Shown here one piece after another: positions 1 through 12,779 of a stretch of 64,000 bases of DNA. Positions within the stretch are counted from its first letter, which is position 1. Every line of letters begins with the position of its first letter. The notes beneath the pieces are model-generated. The model ran no database searches. It was not told the origin of the DNA and worked only from the letters and a program-made list of their open reading frames with translations. This stretch comes from Podarcis liolepis (lineage: Eukaryota), in NCBI GenBank assembly GCA_965112155.1, contig OZ218107.1; one strand, given 5' to 3'. A program made the translations under genes and the position numbers.

Positions 1-79
1 ATCCAGCTAGGGGAAGGACCCATTTTCACAGAGAGCACAGGCAGGAAAGGGTTAAAAAATCCCCCAATTCTTCTTGAAT

Positions 80-250
80 ACATAGGAAGCTGCCTTGTAC
101 TGAGTCATCCCATTGGTCCATCTTGCTCAGTTTCGTCTACAGGCTTTCCAGTGAGGGTCTCTCTCAGTCCCACCTGGAGATACCAGGGATTGAACCTGGG
201 AACTTTGCCTTCTACATGCAAGGCAAATGCTCCACTTCCAGGCTACAACT
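80..250 (-). mobile_element. Degenerate tRNA-derived SINE (Squam3-like)
   Basis: B-box GGTTCAATCCC on - strand; related fragments near 33030-33170 and 62720-62790. Confidence 0.5.
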
Positions 251-1243
251 CTTCTCTTAATGCATCTTCACCTTCACTGCCTCTTCCCTCTCTCATCTGC
301 CATCTTGTCTAGTTTGGCTTCCCGTCTGTACTGATCCAGGATGGTGTGCTCTGCCAAAGGCTCTCACGACACTCTCTAGCAGGGGTCTTCCTCAAGTCCA
401 GGCATTGCCCAAAATCACTTGGGTTCCACTTGGCTCCCCCACAAAGCTATGCTCCTTTCCCCCTCTCTCTCCAGGAACGAAAGAACACAGGGGAGCATTA
501 TAGGAAGGAATGGCTGCTCTTGCTGTGCGTGCTCCATGCTTGTCACCAAACAGCAGCAGAGCTTGCGGAAAGTGCAAAGGGCACATGGCCTCACGAGGGG
601 AGAAGAGCTGCTGGGTTGGATCTAATGTGAATTCTACTCAGGGTAGACCTCTTGAAATTAAAGGCCAGCGCTGACTTCAGTCCATTCATTTCAATGGGGC
701 TACTCAGAGCAGAACTCAGTTAGATATAACCCACTGGGGGAGAATGCTTGAATCAGGAAAGTCTGTTAATGGAGGACAGCATTCTAACCAATAAGTGAAG
801 ACACCCCAGAATGGAGGAAGAGCAGCAATGACCAAATAAGCTTTTAGGAAAGAACAAGTGGGTCCTGCAACAAAAATGTTGCCAGCTGGAATGCTTCTGT
901 TCAGCATTCCACTCATGACCTATTTATTCCCTTTTCTATGATACTCCAACTCTCTTTTCTCCACCTGCCCCACCCTGCAAATAGATATGGAAGCATTCCA
1001 CAACCACCGAGCATGCTCAGTCGTGACTGGGTTGTTAGAAGGGGTCTCACCCCCTTATACTTCCCCCTAAAGTTTCTACTTCTTCTTCTGATCTTGGGAC
1101 TGCTTCTCTCTTGTGCATTGAGGGCTACACAAGCAATGACACTCACGCCTGAGCACAGGGAATATAGGCTTTCAAGAAAAGGATATGTGATGTCAAATGT
1201 TGAAATAGGGAGGGAAGCATTAGCTAGCAGGAAAGGGAAGGTA

Positions 1244-1323
1244 AAAGGTAAAGGTAAAGGTACCCCTGCCTGTACGGGCCAGTCTTGTCAGACTCTAGGG
1301 TTGTGCACTCATCTCACTCTAGA
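1244..1323 (-). mobile_element. 5'-truncated Sauria SINE (3' tail only)
   Basis: Near-identical to the tail of the 28173 copy; TSD GGAAGGTA at 1236-1243 and 1324-1331. Confidence 0.85.
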
Positions 1324-2570
1324 GGAAGGTATACTGGGAAAAGTTATGTAAGAAGCCAGGTTTGCTTCATTAGATACATCCATTTCATTTTCTTTATTCT
1401 GTGACGAGGCTATCTAATAAATATACATGGATTAAAATAGTTTTAAAATATCTGTGGTTAAAACTAATCCAAATGTGATTGTTCAACTGGCTAGTCCACT
1501 TTCCTAATCCAGCCATACACATATTTTTTGCACTGTCATTCAGTTAAATTACATAAGAAAGGTGGGAGGACTCTATAAAAGCTCTCCCTCCACTGCCACT
1601 GCCACTGCCACTGCCATTCCAAGCTTCGTATACAAGGCCAGATCGCCCCGACTGAACCCGACTGAACCCACATCTCTCAGCCGCATTTTACTAGGCTCAG
1701 AGCTGATAAAACAGGGATCTAAAAGCAGATTGCCAGGCATGAGCCTTTTGAGTCTTAATTCCAAAATAACAAGCCTTTGTATTCTCTTGGCTGCTTTAAA
1801 ATATTTCTAAAAGGGGGGAAATGCACGCTGATTATCCAATCAGCATTTTCAGCCTAAAATACTACAACTTCACAGCCTAAAACAGTAACTGGAGTCACTC
1901 AATGTTAGCTGGGCTGATACTCTCTGAACATGTGATGCGACTCAGCCTTGGCTCCACAGCACAGACCTTAATTGAAACATGTGCTCTGTTTTCTGGCAAC
2001 TTAAATGCCAGGGGACTTTTTCTCCCATAGCCTAGCTGGCAGTGAGATGCCATCAGCCGGTGAAACGATTTGGTGACATTTCACTGCCAATATTCACTTG
2101 CCTCACCTAGTACAGTGTGGTGCCAAACAGCAACTTCCTCGTGTGCCATCGCTTCACATCTCTGACTGCTTTTCCCTTGGTCCTTGTTGTGTTCACATTT
2201 GGCTAATCCTCAGAAAGCAAGGTATCAGCAAGCGCAACAAGCACACGTGACGGGCAGGTTGAAGCTGGAGCTTCTGTAAAGATTGGGCAACAGATGGGAG
2301 TGAAACTCCCAAATTCTGATTACAGCCAGGGGCATCATCCGCCGGGGAGCAACACCCAGCAGACACGGGGGAGGAATTTTAAAAACCACATTTATACAGG
2401 GGTCACAAGTGCTGACTCATCTTGCTCAGATAGTGTCTTTGGCACTATAAATTAAGAAATAAGGGGGCTGTCCAAGGTTGTTGTTGTTTTTGTTTAAAGT
2501 AGGATTATTATGGGTATAAAATGGCTTCACTCTGTGGCTCAGTTCAGACATGACCTAACTATTCATCATA

Positions 2571-2743
2571 CAGTGGTACCACTTTAGCTAATGGGGCCTC
2601 CTGCTGCCGCTGTGCAACCGCCACGCGATTTCTGTTCTCATCCTGAGGTAAAGTTCTTAACCCGAGGTACTACTTCCAGGTTAGCGAAGTCTGTAACCTG
2701 AAGTGTTTGTAACCCAAGGTGTTTGTAACGCGAGGTACCACTG
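2571..2743. mobile_element. Tc1/mariner-pogo type MITE, family A, internally deleted
   Basis: TA|CAGTGGTACC...GGTACCACTG|TA; interior matches the 9442 copy. Confidence 0.88.
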
Positions 2744-4348
2744 TACTTTGAAGTGCCTCCTGAGCTTTCTCTTTCCCCGCCATTATTTTTTTGTTTTGTT
2801 TTTTGCTAACCATCATTTGCTAGAACATCAGGACTGATGAACTATATTAGCTCCACAGCCACCCAACCCACAAGGCAAGGTGAAGCAGATGCCTTAGGCA
2901 GCAGAAGTACAAGAGGCACCACCTGCCCCAACTGGAATGTATCAACCTCTCACTGAATTGGCAATGGGGGGGGGGTATTTTGGTGGCAGTGGAAGTGGTG
3001 GGGCAAGCGAGGGGTGGAATACTGTTGGAAGGGCAAGGGCAGTACATTCCTGTTTCACCTCGGGTGGCGAAACAGAATGGGCCACCCCTGATTAGCCCAA
3101 TGCTTCCAAGCCCAATTTGAATATGGTTTCCAAACCATGCTGTGGAAGGCACGATCTATAGTTTGCCAATTTGTGACAAATTTGTGACAAAAGTGAACCA
3201 GTAATGGAAGGAACCTGTACACGAGAGGGTAAGAAGTAGTGTGGGAGCCCAGGAGGGTACTTCCAAGAGCAAAACTATAATTTTGCATTATGTCACGCAT
3301 ACTAGCTGCAGTTCTGCTAGGTAGAGGTTAACAGAGAAAGTTTGCTTCCTGTTATGTGCACACAACAAAGCTGGGCTACCCTTCATACCATGCTCAGTAT
3401 AGTGCAGAATCCTTTTATCCAGGCACCCTCTCCTAGCACACTTACCTATTGTACTTGAGGCACTAGAACTGAGATGGGTGATACCCCATCCCGCCTGCCA
3501 CAGACAGATGTTGCTCTGTAGGGCCCACAGCACCAAACAGACGTAATCTGCTCAAAGAACCATACGGAGGAAAAGCAGGGACTTTGAAGTAGCCCATCAA
3601 CCGTCGGCATTTGGCAGTGGACTGAACTTCCCACCATTGGATTTCTATGTGAATTATTAATTGTTTCTAATCTTGCATATGTATATACTTATTGGAATGT
3701 ATAATTTTCATGCAATTTGGGTCCACTTTTATCTTCTTTGTAGGTGGTGCATTTCCTCTTTTTCTAGCAAATTCTAAGTGTCCAGCCTATTTTCTCCTCC
3801 TCTCCGTGGCCAAAAGTGAAAACCCAGTGGGAGCACCAAAGCAAGGCTTGGCAGAGAAACAGTCTGACCCAAGGGGCTTAGAAAACAGCAATGCTTCATC
3901 TCAAAAATTAGAAACACTGGTCCTCAATCCTGCCTGGAAGCTGCACTCTCCAACAAGCAAGGCCTCCTTACCAAACTACACACTCAGACACACACTACCG
4001 TGCCGTGTCTCAGTCCTAGAAGAAAACAGATCCCAGTGCTAAACGCTTGATTCACTTTAAGAAAAACTTCCTGGAATTGCTACTGTCTGCCTGTCATCCT
4101 TCCCATTAGCTTCAGGGCAGGGAGAATCCAACATTAGACTTCGCCCTGCTGTGTGGAGGAAGAAGCAGCTTTTATAGTGCCCTTCACTTCCTTCTCCTTC
4201 TGCTGCCCCACCTCTGTGAATCATGGGGGAGCAAAGTCGTCAGCACGCTCATTGTGGCAGCCAGCTGCAGCTTAGATCAGGCAAGGAGGCTCCACTCCAT
4301 CACAGCCAGAAGTTATGCATGTAAGGAAGCGCCCTAGAAAAAGAGGAT

Positions 4349-4660
4349 AATAGAATCGTAGAATTGGAAGGGACCTCGAGAGTAACCTAGTCCAACCCCC
4401 GCCCCCGCAGCTGATGAAGGATACTCATTGCTGCTGCACCCTGAAATGTCAGGGGGCCCATCCAGTCAGTCTTCACTTTAAAACCTCTAACAAAAATAGA
4501 GTCCAATGCATCCTGAGGCCGTCTGTCCCACTGTCAAACAAAGTTCTTCCTAATGCTAAGCTGAAATCCACTTGCAATTTGAACCCATTGATTCAGGCCC
4601 TACCCTGTGGAGCAACAGAATGCAATAGCAATGGCTTCTTCACCTGGCTGTTTTTCTAGC
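4349..4660 (-). mobile_element. CR1 LINE 3' end
   Basis: ATAGAATCGTAGAATTGGAAGGGACC is the reverse complement of the CR1 tail. Confidence 0.7.
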
Positions 4661-5196
4661 ACACCCAAACATGCTTAGCATGGCAACCTGGCTATTTGTC
4701 AGAAGAGCATCTCTCACACACACACAAACACACACACACACATTTATGCTTATTGAAATATTTGAGAACGAACAAAAACACAAGAGAACAAACAAACAAA
4801 TGGTCGTGCATGATACACTGACAGAGAAAGGAAAGAAGCAAAGCAAATACCTGCAGAAAGGCCATCCATTTGCCTCCCTGCAATCCACAGTGAAGTAATT
4901 ATAGTTATGGCATTAGCACTCCTTATATGCAGAGAAGTCATTACAGATGACTTATCTTGAATAAGAGCACCAGCACTATTTAGCATGTATAAGAGGCCTC
5001 CCAAAGGCTTTGCATGCACACTGTATTCATCTTTACTTTTATTAGCCCTGGTTTCCCCATGAGAGAAACTGGTCACTGAGCCAACACTGGAACAGGACAT
5101 AGTTGTATTTTATCTTGGGGGGCGGGGGGAAGCATGCAAGAAAAAATGAATGTACATGCATGGTGATGGCAGAGGAAGACAATTCAAAGAGATATT

Positions 5197-5261
<65 letters not shown>
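5197..5261. repeat. Compound (TG)n(AG)n microsatellite
   Basis: Directly visible. Confidence 0.97.
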
Positions 5262-5264
<3 letters not shown>

Positions 5265-5407
5265 TCCTTCAGTCTTGTAAGATTTGGTGAAATGGCAGCT
5301 GGTCTCTGGGGAACAAACAGGCTTTCCTCCTCAAGGCTTAAAGACCTCAAATCCAGCTTACTGCTGCCAGGTCAGATTTTGAGTGAGGAAGGGGAAAACA
5401 TGCACAC

Positions 5408-5639
5408 ATGCATTCAATATTCTTGGGAGAACTCCAGGATGCCACAGCAAAGCCTCAAGATATGAAGAAGCAACCAATCCAGGAACACGCAGCCCTCTGC
5501 CTACTAGCCTGGAGTTGCCTAGAGTTTACCTTGAGTGATGCTCTGGAATCCTTGACCACCATCCCTGGAGAGGAAGCTGGTGTAAAGAAATTTCTTAGAG
5601 ATGCTGGAAATGGGACCATTGTTCAAGGCAACCTTTCAG
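5408..5639 (+). CDS. SUSD3-like sushi-domain membrane protein, probable first coding exon (ATG 5408 or 5462)
   Basis: Frame reads (MHS...)MKKQPIQEHAALCLLAWSCLEFTLSDA...AGNGTIVQGNLS: signal-peptide-like segment plus two N-glycosylation sequons; ends CAG|gtactc in phase 1, matching the phase-1 sushi exon. Confidence 0.6.
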
Positions 5640-7786
5640 GTACTCTGAAACGTCTTGTGTTTAAGTGTGTGTCTGTGTGCTCAGATCTTCAAGCCAGAAG
5701 TCACATCTTGTGTGTCTAATATGCACAACTTCCTATCGAAAGGGTATTCTTCCTACCATCGCTCAAGGGTCTCATTACTAGGTCACTCATTACTTGCCCC
5801 TTAGCATCCCGGTTTAACCACTCGGTCATATTAACTGCTACAAAAACCACAACGTTAACTCTTAAGCGTCACTGAGGATCAAAGCTATGGATTTCTTTCT
5901 CACAGACTCAATGCACACATATAAGTGGTATGAAGAATTTAACCTACTTTAGTGCGTATAAATGTTGACGGATGTGGTGTCAATTATTCTGTGCTAGTAA
6001 ATGTCAAGTGTGTCGTTTTGTAAGCATGGTGCAAATTCACTAGGAAGCACACTATGGCATCTTCAACTAAGATCTTGATCCTGTTGGAACAGGCAGAACT
6101 ACCACAGCTGTTCTAGATGTTCTTTGAATTTCCTTCTCTTTTTTGAGCAAAAATACTTCTTTTATACCATGCAAAAATCAGTGCATCATTACATCTTCTT
6201 CCCTCCTGGGGGTGGGGATATTGGTAGTTTGATAACTTTTTGGGAGGAGTAGAGCTGGTACCAAGGGGATAACATTATCTTAGGAGGAAAACTTAGGATT
6301 CGTGAGTTGTTTTCTCTATAGGCCAATTGCAAGGAAAGGGGGCACTTAGTGGGGAATTGGTGAACAGGTCCCTCTCTCTCCCTTGCACTATACATAGTAT
6401 GTTTATTTATTTAAAAACTGTTTATTGAAGTGTTTTTAGAGGATTTTTAAAGATCAGCAAAGTATAATAGAACGGCATAAAAACTATAAAGGAGTAGGCA
6501 CGAATATGTTGTCCGCATTAGAATGAAATCAACGCACAATGTAGAAACATGTCCAGTCCAAAATTGATGAGAGGTGTATATTTATATTAATGAATTGTTG
6601 TTAATGAATTCAGTGAATGGAAACCATTACATGTTAAAGACATTTGATTTAGAGAAGCCATTGATCACACGGTCCTGGTACTTCACTTATGTCACTGGAG
6701 AACAGCCCTAAACCCTATTGAATCCTGCTGCCTCCAGTGTTGCAGTTACTCTTATGAAGTATGTCTGGTTGAAAAGGCTTGTGATTGGGAGACAAATTAT
6801 CTGCATTATTTTGTTAATATTGTATGCCTGAGTCCATCAGACTGCTCTACCACAAGCTTTGAGGTCCAAGTTTTCTCCAACTGCAAAGTGAAGGAAGTTT
6901 ATGTTGTGAGCCTCCCTGGGATCTATGAGAATGGGGCAGTAAACAAATTTCACAAATTTAACAAACAAACAAACAAACAAACAAGCAAGCCTTAGAAGTG
7001 GCAGGTGCTTCTGGTGCACTAATTTTAATGTGGACTGAGATGAACTCTAAGCAAATTAAACTTCATGGCATATCTTTGCCAAATTTTCTTCTGGTCATCT
7101 GCAGAGATCTGGCTGTCTATGTCTCTTTCCCAAACTAACCATGGCCTCTCAGTAGAGACAAACAAGTAGCCTAGCAAAAGGATGTCAGTTTGAGAAACTA
7201 AGCATTTAGCCTTAGGTGAGCTGTTTACCACTACATTTTCAAAGCCAGCCAGTTCCGTTGTTTTAGACTGCAGTCCTACACACACTTACCTGGGAGCAAA
7301 TTCTATTTAAATTAGTGGGACTTACTTCTGAGTAGACACAGGGAACTGCGTTGTCCCAGTTACACTGGATGCCAAATCTGTACTTACTGCTTAGTTTCCA
7401 GCCTGAAGGAATTTGCTAACCCTCTTATGAGCGCTGAACCATACTTACCCTCAAGAGGCAGCAAGCACAATAATGAAAAACCAGCGTTTTCCTGGGAACA
7501 CTCCAGACCTTACCATGTGCCCTGATTTCCTTCCCTTGCTTTAAAATGTGGCGTATGGAGAGAAGAAATTGAATGCACAAATGCAATACATCTGGCTTTG
7601 CTTATCATAGGGTGGACAGTTTGCACAGCTGAACAATACAAAACACCCACTTTTTTCAGGGAGTCCCCTTCTTTCATACATACAATTCAACATGAGAAGC
7701 ACCAAGTTTTAAGAGCCACTTTCCTGAGTCTGATTCAAAAACCTATCTAACCCAGCATAAAGTTTACCAGAGCAGCCAATCAGATA

Positions 7787-8011
7787 CAGAGTACCTCAGG
7801 TTACATACGCTTCAGGTCACAGACTCCGCTAACCCAGAAATAGTGCTTCAGGTTAAGAACTTTGCTTCAGGATGAGAACAGAAATCGGGCTCCGGCGGCG
7901 CGGCGGCAGCAGGAGGCCCCATTAGCTAAAGTGGTGCTTCAGGTTAAGAACAGTTTCAGGTTAAAAACGGACCTCCAGAACGAATTAAGTACTTAACCCG
8001 AGGTACCACTG
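7787..8011. mobile_element. Tc1/mariner-pogo type MITE, family A, opposite orientation
   Basis: TA flanks, ends GAGGTACCACTG|TA; interior is the reverse complement of the 2571 and 9442 copies. Confidence 0.9.
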
Positions 8012-8317
8012 TACACAAGAGGGCAATAGCCCTCTCCCAGTGTTGTTTCCCAGCTACCAGCATTCAAGGCACGCTGCCTCTGATCCTGGTTCTGGGCATG
8101 TAGCCATCATGACTAGTGGTCACTGGTAGCCTTATCCTCCATCAATTCACCCTCTTGTGATGCCATCACATTACAGCAGCTTCCACGCAGACAAAAGCTG
8201 CTGCTGCACAAGTCACTTTGCAGAACCTCATTTGCAGACCTGAGCTGCCAACGCCATTGATTCGTACAGATGTGTTCTTCAGATAACCCACATTTAGTTT
8301 CCCTGCGTCTGTTGCAG

Positions 8318-8506
8318 CTCAGTGCACAGCTCTCCTCCCTCCAAGCTATGGGTTTTATTATACCGAAGAAGGCTCTGGCAGCTCCCTGGGTTCAGTGGTC
8401 ACATACTGGTGCAAAGAAGGCTATCAGCTTGTGGGCAAACGAAAACTGACCTGTTTGCTAGAAGGAAGCATCTTTTACTGGAGTCACCCCACACCTCACT
8501 GTGAAG
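8318..8506 (+). CDS. SUSD3-like gene, sushi/CCP-domain exon
   Basis: ctgttgcag| acceptor, GAAG|gtaagc donor, 189 nt phase 1-1; QCTALLPPSYG...GSVVTYWCKEGYQLVGKRKLTCLLEGSIFYWSHPTPHCE has the four Cys and the Trp of a CCP module. Confidence 0.93.
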
Positions 8507-8741
8507 GTAAGCTACTGGTTAAACTTATTTCTGAATTGCTGGGCTTTGTATGAACAGAATATTGCGCTGTTCAAATGTGGATCAAGAAAGTATGCATCTT
8601 TTCAGATCAATCTCTCCGCAAAAATAAAGATTCTAAATGGAAAAACTAAGGAGTGAACTGGCAATATTCCAGGTGCCCTTCAGTTAATGCCATTTACAGT
8701 GTGTGACTCATAACAAGCATGCTTTGTTTTTGTCACCTTAG

Positions 8742-8898
8742 TGATCCCAAAGCCCCTGGACAAAGGGTTCCGGGTGGCAGTAATCGCCTCTCTCATCAGT
8801 GGAGTGATCATTGTTACCATGTCAATCTCCTTCGCTGTTTGTTGCCTGCAAGACAGGATGCTGAGGGCAAATGAACAAAGCAGTGACACCAGAGGAGG
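8742..8898 (+). CDS. SUSD3-like gene, transmembrane exon
   Basis: tttgtcaccttag| acceptor, GG|gtaagt donor, 157 nt phase 1-2; VIPKPLDKGFRVAVIASLISGVIIVTMSISFAVCCLQDR resembles SUSD3 GFKVAVIASIVS...LTCCL. Confidence 0.92.
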
Positions 8899-9441
8899 GT
8901 AAGTATTGACTAGATTCCGCCTGTAACCTCGGTCAGGCCCATTCACCACCATAATTAGGCCCCCACGTGAGAAATGACTCCACCACTAACGCTGTTCGAT
9001 GAGGAATGGCCAGATATCCAAGACTGAGCCAAACAAATTAAAGAAAGGAGTTCTGCTTAGCCCTCAGTCTCCTTTCCATTCAGATTGGCAATGTTTTTAT
9101 TAGAGCCTATTGAAAAATCTCTAGGCAGGTAATAGGTACAACTCTCTTATTAGACTTTATCAACCTATAGAGAGTGGGAATCGCCCGTGTAGTTCCTGCC
9201 ATCCTCTCCCTGACAACTGGTTGGGAAGTTGGGGTGCAACAACATATTGAGGGCACCACATTGACTATCCTTGAGAGGGAGACATGTTTGTTTCTTAAGC
9301 ATCTGCCTGTTCCACTGACTGCGCTGGGAAGATTATGTTTTCAGTGTGAAGTCTTTTAGCTCTGGAAAATGTGGCTATGGAAGTTGCTTTCAGTCAGTAA
9401 CTTTCCCCACGTGCATGCCAAGATCCTGCGAGAATATTGTA

Positions 9442-9649
9442 CAGTTGCATCTTGGGTTAAGAACTTAATTTGTTCTGGAGGTCCGTTCTTAACCTGAAAC
9501 TGTTCTTAACCTGAGGTACCACTTTAGCTAATGGGGCCTCCCACCACTGCCGTGTGATTTCTGTTCTCCAGGATGTTCTTAACCTGAGGTACTATATCTG
9601 GGTTAGCGGAGTCTGTAACCTGAAGCGTCTGTAACCCAAGGTACCACTG
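9442..9649. mobile_element. Tc1/mariner-pogo type MITE, family A
   Basis: TA flanks, ends AAGGTACCACTG|TA, repeated TAACCTGA motifs. Confidence 0.88.
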
Positions 9650-11347
9650 TACTTTGCCCCTTCAGATTGGCTCTTTCTTGGCCCCAAAGCAGCAAGATGG
9701 GAAGTAGCTATTCTTACACCACCCATTTCCCCCTCATCTGTGCCCTGCAGTCTCTCTAAGTAGGAAAACACAAATTTGTCAGGGGCAGGTGTGCGCATAT
9801 ATATATATGTATGTATATATATGTGTGTATATATATATTGATTGCTTTCTTGGATATCTCTGGTTAGGTTCATTCATCCAACTCCTGATCCTCAATAGTT
9901 TATTAAAATTAACTCCCCTCCTCTCTCAAAGGAGCAAAATTTGGCACAGATGGTTCTCTCCTTTCCCATTCAATACTCGCAACACATTGACTGGGGCACC
10001 TCTTCCATATCTCCCCCATTAATTGTGCCCTTGCACCCTTTGACTGTTGCTTCTGAGGGAATCCACTGCTATCCCGTTCCGTTGGCATGTCCCCATAAGA
10101 AAGCGCTCCATACTTAAATTGGGTAAGCATTATGTGTATGTACATGTAATGGCATGGCATGGCAGGAATGCATGGGAACATTAGGAAAGATGGTGGCTGA
10201 AACTTGGTTGAGTAATCATTGGCAGCTACAGGAGCTCAGGAAAGGGAGCAAGTCTGGGGATCAGATTGGCTTGTTGGGTTATTTGAAAAACAGTGCATTC
10301 GGCAAGAATAATATTAGTGGCAGGGAGTCGCAAGGGTGGTAGCTAATGAATTCAGCAGCCAACTACCAGGTGTTTCCAGAGCTACACCCTCACTTACATT
10401 TTGAGGTCCAGCTTCATGAGCTATTTTACCACTCCAGTGATTCAAAGAAGTTTGATCAGTTGCAAGGGCCCCACATCCCCTCCTATACTTTTTCCAGGCT
10501 TGGGGAGAGGAAGGGGCAGGGCTGGGCCCTCATCCAAGAAACACGTATCTTTGGGTTTTGGGTAGAACGTGAAAATCAAGTTCCCTTTCTGCAACCAATG
10601 AGGTTGGATCCAGTGCAATAGGCTTTTGGCAGGACATTTATTTAAGCATTTGTCCAGCATATTATGGTGTGTATAGAATGAAGCTCCCTCTGCTGGTTAA
10701 GAAATGGAGCCCAGTTTTAAAATGAGTCTCTACAATCTACATGTTTGCTCTTCTAAATCCCTTGCAAGATTTGCCATATGGATTAGGAGTATTAGAGCAG
10801 CACCACACTGCTCTTGGCTTCCTATCCCACCTTTATGGGCATAATAAATCCCACTAAGTACAGCAGGAATTCCTTCTGAGAAAATATACATAGTCCTTGT
10901 TGATTATATGTTCCCCATGAGACAGCTATATAAATGTACAACCATCAAAATATTACATTCAAGTGCTTACCCTTTTCCTGAATACTATGCATCTATGCTC
11001 TAATACACTCAGTCACTGCGCCAATGTAACACCTCTGGTTTCTCCCTGTAGTTTGTTTGTAGTACTCACAGAGAAGGGTCTCATATTAACCAAACCCATC
11101 ACATCTCTGGTAGAATGAGGCATTTGCAAAGGATATATATACAGAGAGAGAGAGAGAGAGTCATGGCAAGAATGTTGTGCTCTATTTTCTGGGGGTTGTA
11201 TTAAATAACCCTTGAGGTCCCTTCCAACTCTACAATTCTACAATTTCAGCGGCCTTAAAACACTAAGGGCAGTAGTCAAATATATATATTTTTTTCTGCA
11301 CTAGCACAAGATTCCCCGCTCTCCTTCCTCTGCACACACTCTGCACT

Positions 11348-11546
11348 CAGTGGCGGAGCTTCATGTTCTGGCATGGGGGGGGTGGAGAGCAGGAGGGATG
11401 TGGCTGGCGTGCATCCCGGGGGTGTGGCGCGCCACCTGTGGGGGCGTGACACCCAGTGCGGGGGGGGGGGCAGCCGCAATAGCACTCCACCGAGATTGCG
11501 CTGCCGGGGGCCATGCGCCTCCTGCCCCCCTCTTCCTCCGCCAGTG
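11348..11546. mobile_element. hAT MITE
   Basis: TIR CAGTGGCGGAG / CTCCGCCAGTG (1 mismatch), TSD TCTGCACT/TCTGTACT, GC-rich interior. Confidence 0.8.
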
Positions 11547-12121
11547 TCTGTACTGTCCTCAAATCTTCTCCATGGGGTTTGGGGGGAATCCCCATAACAG
11601 GTTGGGGGGGAGGAAAGGGGGAGAATGTTCCTTTGTGCAAGGAGAAAACTTTGCAGTGGTAGAATGTTCATTTTAGTGCTGTATTGAATATGACCGTAAG
11701 ACTGGGAGAATTCTAGATTCTGTTGTAGTTCCATTGCTACTCTCAATCACTGGTTTTTTCCCTCTTGCATTGCAAAGTGTTACACCATGAGAGGGGTGCA
11801 TTTTATCGGATATTTCTCCTGCATCAAACTTCTTCTGAGTTACTGAACAAATTACTAAGCTAGTGCTGCCATCTGCAGGCCAAGGGGTCAAATCAAAAAC
11901 CTTCTCTAATTTGAAGATGGGTTAGCAGGGGCTGATGGGAAATGTGGTCCAAAACAGCAGGTAGGCACTAGGCAGGTGAAGGCAGGGTCAGGTGGTAGAC
12001 AATTTGGCTTTATGTTGTTGTTTCCTGTACCACAAGAGGAGCAAACCAAAAGCCACACACTCCAAACTATAATCCCCGCACTGAGAGTATGAAAATCACC
12101 CCCCATACATACGTGAATGCA

Positions 12122-12333
12122 GAATGACTAAACATCAGGAAGAACTTTCTGACAGTGAGAGCTGTTTAACAGTGAAACAGACTCCCTCAGAATATGGTGG
12201 ACTCACTTTCATTGGAGGTTTTAAGCAGAGGTTGGATGGCCCTCTGTCAGGGATGCATTAGTTGAGATTCCTGTGTTGCAGAGGGTTGGGCGTGGTGACT
12301 CTTGGGATCCCTTCCAACTCTATGATTCTATGA
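12122..12333 (+). mobile_element. CR1 LINE 3' end
   Basis: CR1-type 3'UTR ending CCCTTCCAACTCTATGATTCTATGA; similar tails near 11200-11245 and 15650-15705. Confidence 0.8.
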
Positions 12334-12779
12334 CAGAGATGGTGTAAAAGTGAAGGACTGGAATATGCTGTTGCCTAAGCACACAGCGTCAACTACTTGC
12401 TGTCAGACATGGTATAGATTTAAAGACTGCTTTTGTGTTTTTACTACATTTCATAAATTGGGGGTCTCCAAATACTTTCTCATTCATGGATAGAACTCAT
12501 AGCAAGGCCTGAAGGAAGCCATTTCCCACCGAAAGGGAAAACGTGGGGGTGTTTGTTTGTTTGTTTGTTTGTTCAACAACTCTGTTGTTTACACCCACCA
12601 ATCTGTCACTTCTTTCTAATTAATTGTATTTTTTTTGGCATTTGCATTGCAGTTTTGCATTTGCCTGCGTGTGTTCAAATTCTACGGGGCAGAAAACTCT
12701 TACCAGCCATTTTGTGAAAGCAAACACTAAAGTAGTACTGAAAAAGGCCACCCAGGGACCTTCTTCTGCAGCACACGTT

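Noticed and set aside
887-911. Short hairpins (TGGAATGCT/AGCATTCCA; also TTAAGCCAAC/GTTGGCTTAA near 53532-53559)
   Set aside because: 9-10 bp stems are plausible by chance in 64 kb and lack supporting context
938-1351. 137-aa ORF with a signal-peptide-like FLLLLLILGLLLSC stretch
   Set aside because: Hydrophobic run comes from CT-rich sequence, the ORF runs through a SINE tail, and I found no suitable phase-1 donor; the 5408-5639 exon fits the sushi gene better
1-5000. Expected STRA8 exons from mammalian synteny
   Set aside because: No STRA8-like peptide recognised; if present it lies outside the window
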